A stretch of DNA of 37,241 bases, from NCBI RefSeq assembly GCF_001194135.2, contig NC_068997.1, forward strand, positions 30,859,832-30,897,072, given 5' to 3'. The notes under the pieces were generated by a model. That model had not been told where the DNA came from. It worked only from the letters and a program-made list of their open reading frames with translations, and did no database searches. Shown here piece after piece: positions 34,294 to 37,241 of this stretch. The stretch comes from Octopus bimaculoides (Eukaryota). The position numbers were made by a program, and so were the translations under genes. Each line of letters opens with the position of its first letter. Position 1 is the first letter of the stretch.

Positions 34294-34326
<33 letters not shown>

Positions 34327-34796
34327 CCTCTTTTACTCTTATTCTCTATATTATATGTTGAGCGCGTGTGTAAAAACGTTGTTCCAGGAAGAAGGGAAGA
34401 AATATAAAAGTTGCTAGAAACAACAGCCAAATCTCCCTTAAATCACACAAAGTAAACGGAATTTAAAAAATCTAATTACTGCACTGGAAAGTTCACATCG
34501 AGAAAATTCCATTGATGTAAAAATTTTTACAAAAAAGTGGAAAATGTGAATTTCTATACACTTTTAAAAAGGTTTCACACAGGCACACAACTTCATCTTT
34601 ATATATTAAGATGTATTTATATATGTGTGTGTAGGTATAAGAACATACAAAAAATTTTCTTTGCCTATATGCTGAAAATAGACGCTAAATCATCGAACCA
34701 CATCAAATATTTTCACCTTAATGCGTATGTTTTTATATACTGGCCACTAATAAAATTTTAAACAATTTTATCATTTTATATCATATGCATATATAT

Positions 34797-35263
34797 ATTC
34801 TGAAAATAATAATAATGCTATTCTTATAAGCTTAAAGTTTATAGCGATCACCATGCAATGACTAAGGAAAATAATGTAATAATGGGGCATATAAGCCCTT
34901 GACAGAAAAAAAGTAGGCCTTCCCATCCGCATGGGACTTGAACCCACATCAGAAAAAAGAAAAACAAAACAAATATTCGCACTGAAAGCACATAGAAATT
35001 TGTTTACAAAAAAAAAAAAAACAACTATGGACTAATATAGTTCTTAAATTTGAGAGAAAGCAGCAAACTAGTTCACTGGTGAAATCGGTAACATACTTTG
35101 TCTCCTTAACAAAGTTTCCAGTTTCACGCGGATGGGAAAGCCTATTTCTTTTTTCTGTCACGGGCTTATATGCCTCTTTATTAGATTATTTTCCTTAGTC
35201 ATTGCACGGTCATCGCTATAAGCTTTAGGCTCATAAAAATATCATTATTATTATTTACAGAAT
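34797..35263. mobile_element. MITE-like element with ~145-bp TIRs
   Basis: 34797-34941 is the reverse complement of 35117-35263 (atagcgat...tgcaatgactaaggaaaataat...tgacagaaaaaa...ttcccatccgc). Confidence 0.82.
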
Positions 35264-35329
35264 TGTAGAACTTGACATAGTTTAACAAAACTATTCTCAC
35301 CGAAATATGTGTGTATATATGCATGTAAG

Positions 35330-36480
35330 TTTGCAGTCATTTTTTGTTTTCCCAGACTCTCTTTGTGAGCCTGACAAATGTGAAGGATGCTTGCCGATTC
35401 ACCTGTTGATCTCAGAGTCCAGGGAGAGGTCATCAGCGATGTTAGAGCCGAGATAGGTGAATTGATGGAGTATCTCCAACTTGTAGTTGTTGATGGTGAT
35501 GGTAACACAGTGACAAATCCCAACTTTGGCGAGAATTTTGAACAGGTTGTCTCTGCAGACTAGGACAAAAGCCTTTGTGAGGTCGATGAAGGTGATAAAG
35601 AGTGGTTGTCTTTGCTCTCGTCACTTTTCTTGTAGCTTTTGGAGAGAGCGTTTTGCTCTAAAACCACACTGAGTTTCAGGGTATAATCTCTCAGCGATTT
35701 TCTGTAGTCAATTTAGGGACACGCGGGCGAAGCTCTTCCCAACGATGCTTAACAGCGTTATGCCTCGGTAGTTATTCCAGTCGCTTTTGTCTCCTTTGTT
35801 CTTATATAGGGTGACAATGTTGTAAGCGCTCATGTCTTGCAGCACTTATTCCTCCTCCCAGCACTGACACAGTAGCTTCAACAAGTGGCTAAGTAGAACT
35901 ACCCTTGCACAGCCGATGATCTCTGGTGGGATGCCATCCAAACCCGGTGCTTTTCCAGTGACCAAGCCATCAATGGCTCTTCTTAGTCCTTCAGCAGTTG
36001 ACAGTGCGTCCAATTCGTCCATGACAGGTAGGTGCTGTCTATAGGGCGTGCATCCCTAGTACTCTACTGTATAGCAGTGACACGTGGAGCCTCTACACTA
36101 GACAGGAGCGGCATCTTTCAATTTCGTAATTTGAGACGCATCTTGGAATCAAGTGGACATACCACATCACTAGCATCGAAGTTATCGACCGAGCCAAGGT
36201 ACCCGGCATACACATCTTGCTCCAGCAGCATTGATTGCACTGGTTCGGTCGTTTTCATTGCATGCCAGATGGAAAGATCCCAAAAGACCCCCTGTATAGG
36301 AAATTGGCTACCAGCACAAGAGTACCTAGTGACCTTATCTTCATTTCAAGGACTCGACGGAGGGAAAAATCAGTAGTGCCGGCAGAGAGCTCCTTCAAAT
36401 GCTGTAGCTATACAGCCACCACAGGCACTGAACCATCATCAGCAGCTTATACAATTTTCTTTAGCGCAGATCCATGGTAT
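35330..36480 (-). mobile_element. Decayed RTE/BovB-type LINE (RT region)
   Basis: Minus translation IVTLYKNKGDKSDWNNYRGITLLSIVGK...PETQCGFR...FIDLTKAF, then FTYLGSNI...LDSEIN after an internal deletion. Confidence 0.88.
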
Positions 36481-36490
36481 CTTGGATGCT

Positions 36491-36491
<1 letters not shown>

Positions 36492-36540
<49 letters not shown>
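36492..36540. repeat. (CTA)n microsatellite
   Basis: Direct reading. Confidence 0.97.
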
Positions 36541-37030
36541 TGTACGTGTGTGATGTGCGTGTTTGTGTAAATAAATACACACACATACATTATGTGGGCA
36601 ATATTTTCAACCAAGACATTTCAATTATACCTGATTCTTCAAGTGCTTGAATTTTGTATATGCATATATATTTACTAGATCGCAGATATGTATTAAAATC
36701 TAGAGCAGAGAGGAAACAGATTAACGCAGTTAGTAGGAGAGGTTGGGAAGTAGAAAGGGTCGTGTGAAGCGTAGTAAGAATAATACAGGGGATGCTATGC
36801 TAAGAAAATTTAATATAAGTCAAGACACTTGTGAACATGGTAGGAGAAATGAGAGGGTAAGCAAAAGTGCCAATTGAGAAATAAGCAAATGAAAAACGGT
36901 AACGTAAAATGTAAAAATGAAAAGCTGAGGCAGTGTGAAAGGATGAGAATGATGGATAGAAGGATGGATGGATAGATAGATAGGCAGACAGACAGATAGA
37001 TAAATACACAGATAGTTAGATAGATAGATC

Positions 37031-37241
37031 AGTACCCCCGGACTGGCTCATGTGCGGGCGACACATAAAATCTTTCGAGCGGGATCGTTGCCAGTGCCCC
37101 TGGACTGGCTCATGTGCGGGCGACACATGATATCTTTCGTGCGAGATCGTTGCCAGTGCCCATGGACTGGCTCTTGTGCGAGTGACACATGAGGTTTTTC
37201 GAGCGAGATCGTTGCCGGTGCCCCTGGACTGGCTCATGTGC
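37031..37241 (+). repeat. 62-bp GC-rich tandem repeat, at least 3.3 copies, running off the window end
   Basis: ggactggctc recurs at 37040, 37102, 37164 and 37226. Confidence 0.93.

Noticed and set aside
32055-34430. Long ORFs in the ORF track (221-341 aa)
   Set aside because: They consist almost entirely of N-gap X residues and microsatellite translations.

Overview
AT-rich eukaryotic (metazoan) genomic DNA with long microsatellites and assembly gaps. The repeat families look like octopus/cephalopod ones (inference from recalled sequence, no database search run). Nearly all of the window is nested, decayed transposable elements: RTE, R4/Dong, Penelope-like, Gypsy, Helitron, tRNA-derived SINEs and long-TIR non-autonomous elements. 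The only convincing host-gene piece is one 85-nt minus-strand exon resembling the N-terminus of a TRPM cation channel, so most of the window may be intron. Main leads: (1) a Penelope insertion whose 3' region joins a tRNA-like Pol III promoter to minimal hammerhead ribozyme motifs; (2) three copies of a GGATC...GATCC long-TIR family with 8-bp target-site duplications, two carrying TTAGGG-like tracts; (3) a large palindrome centred on a Helitron-like 5' end; (4) a 62-bp tandem unit that folds into three hairpins. No prokaryotic genes, CRISPR arrays or rRNA were found. Coordinates were counted by hand, and the edges of decayed elements are approximate.
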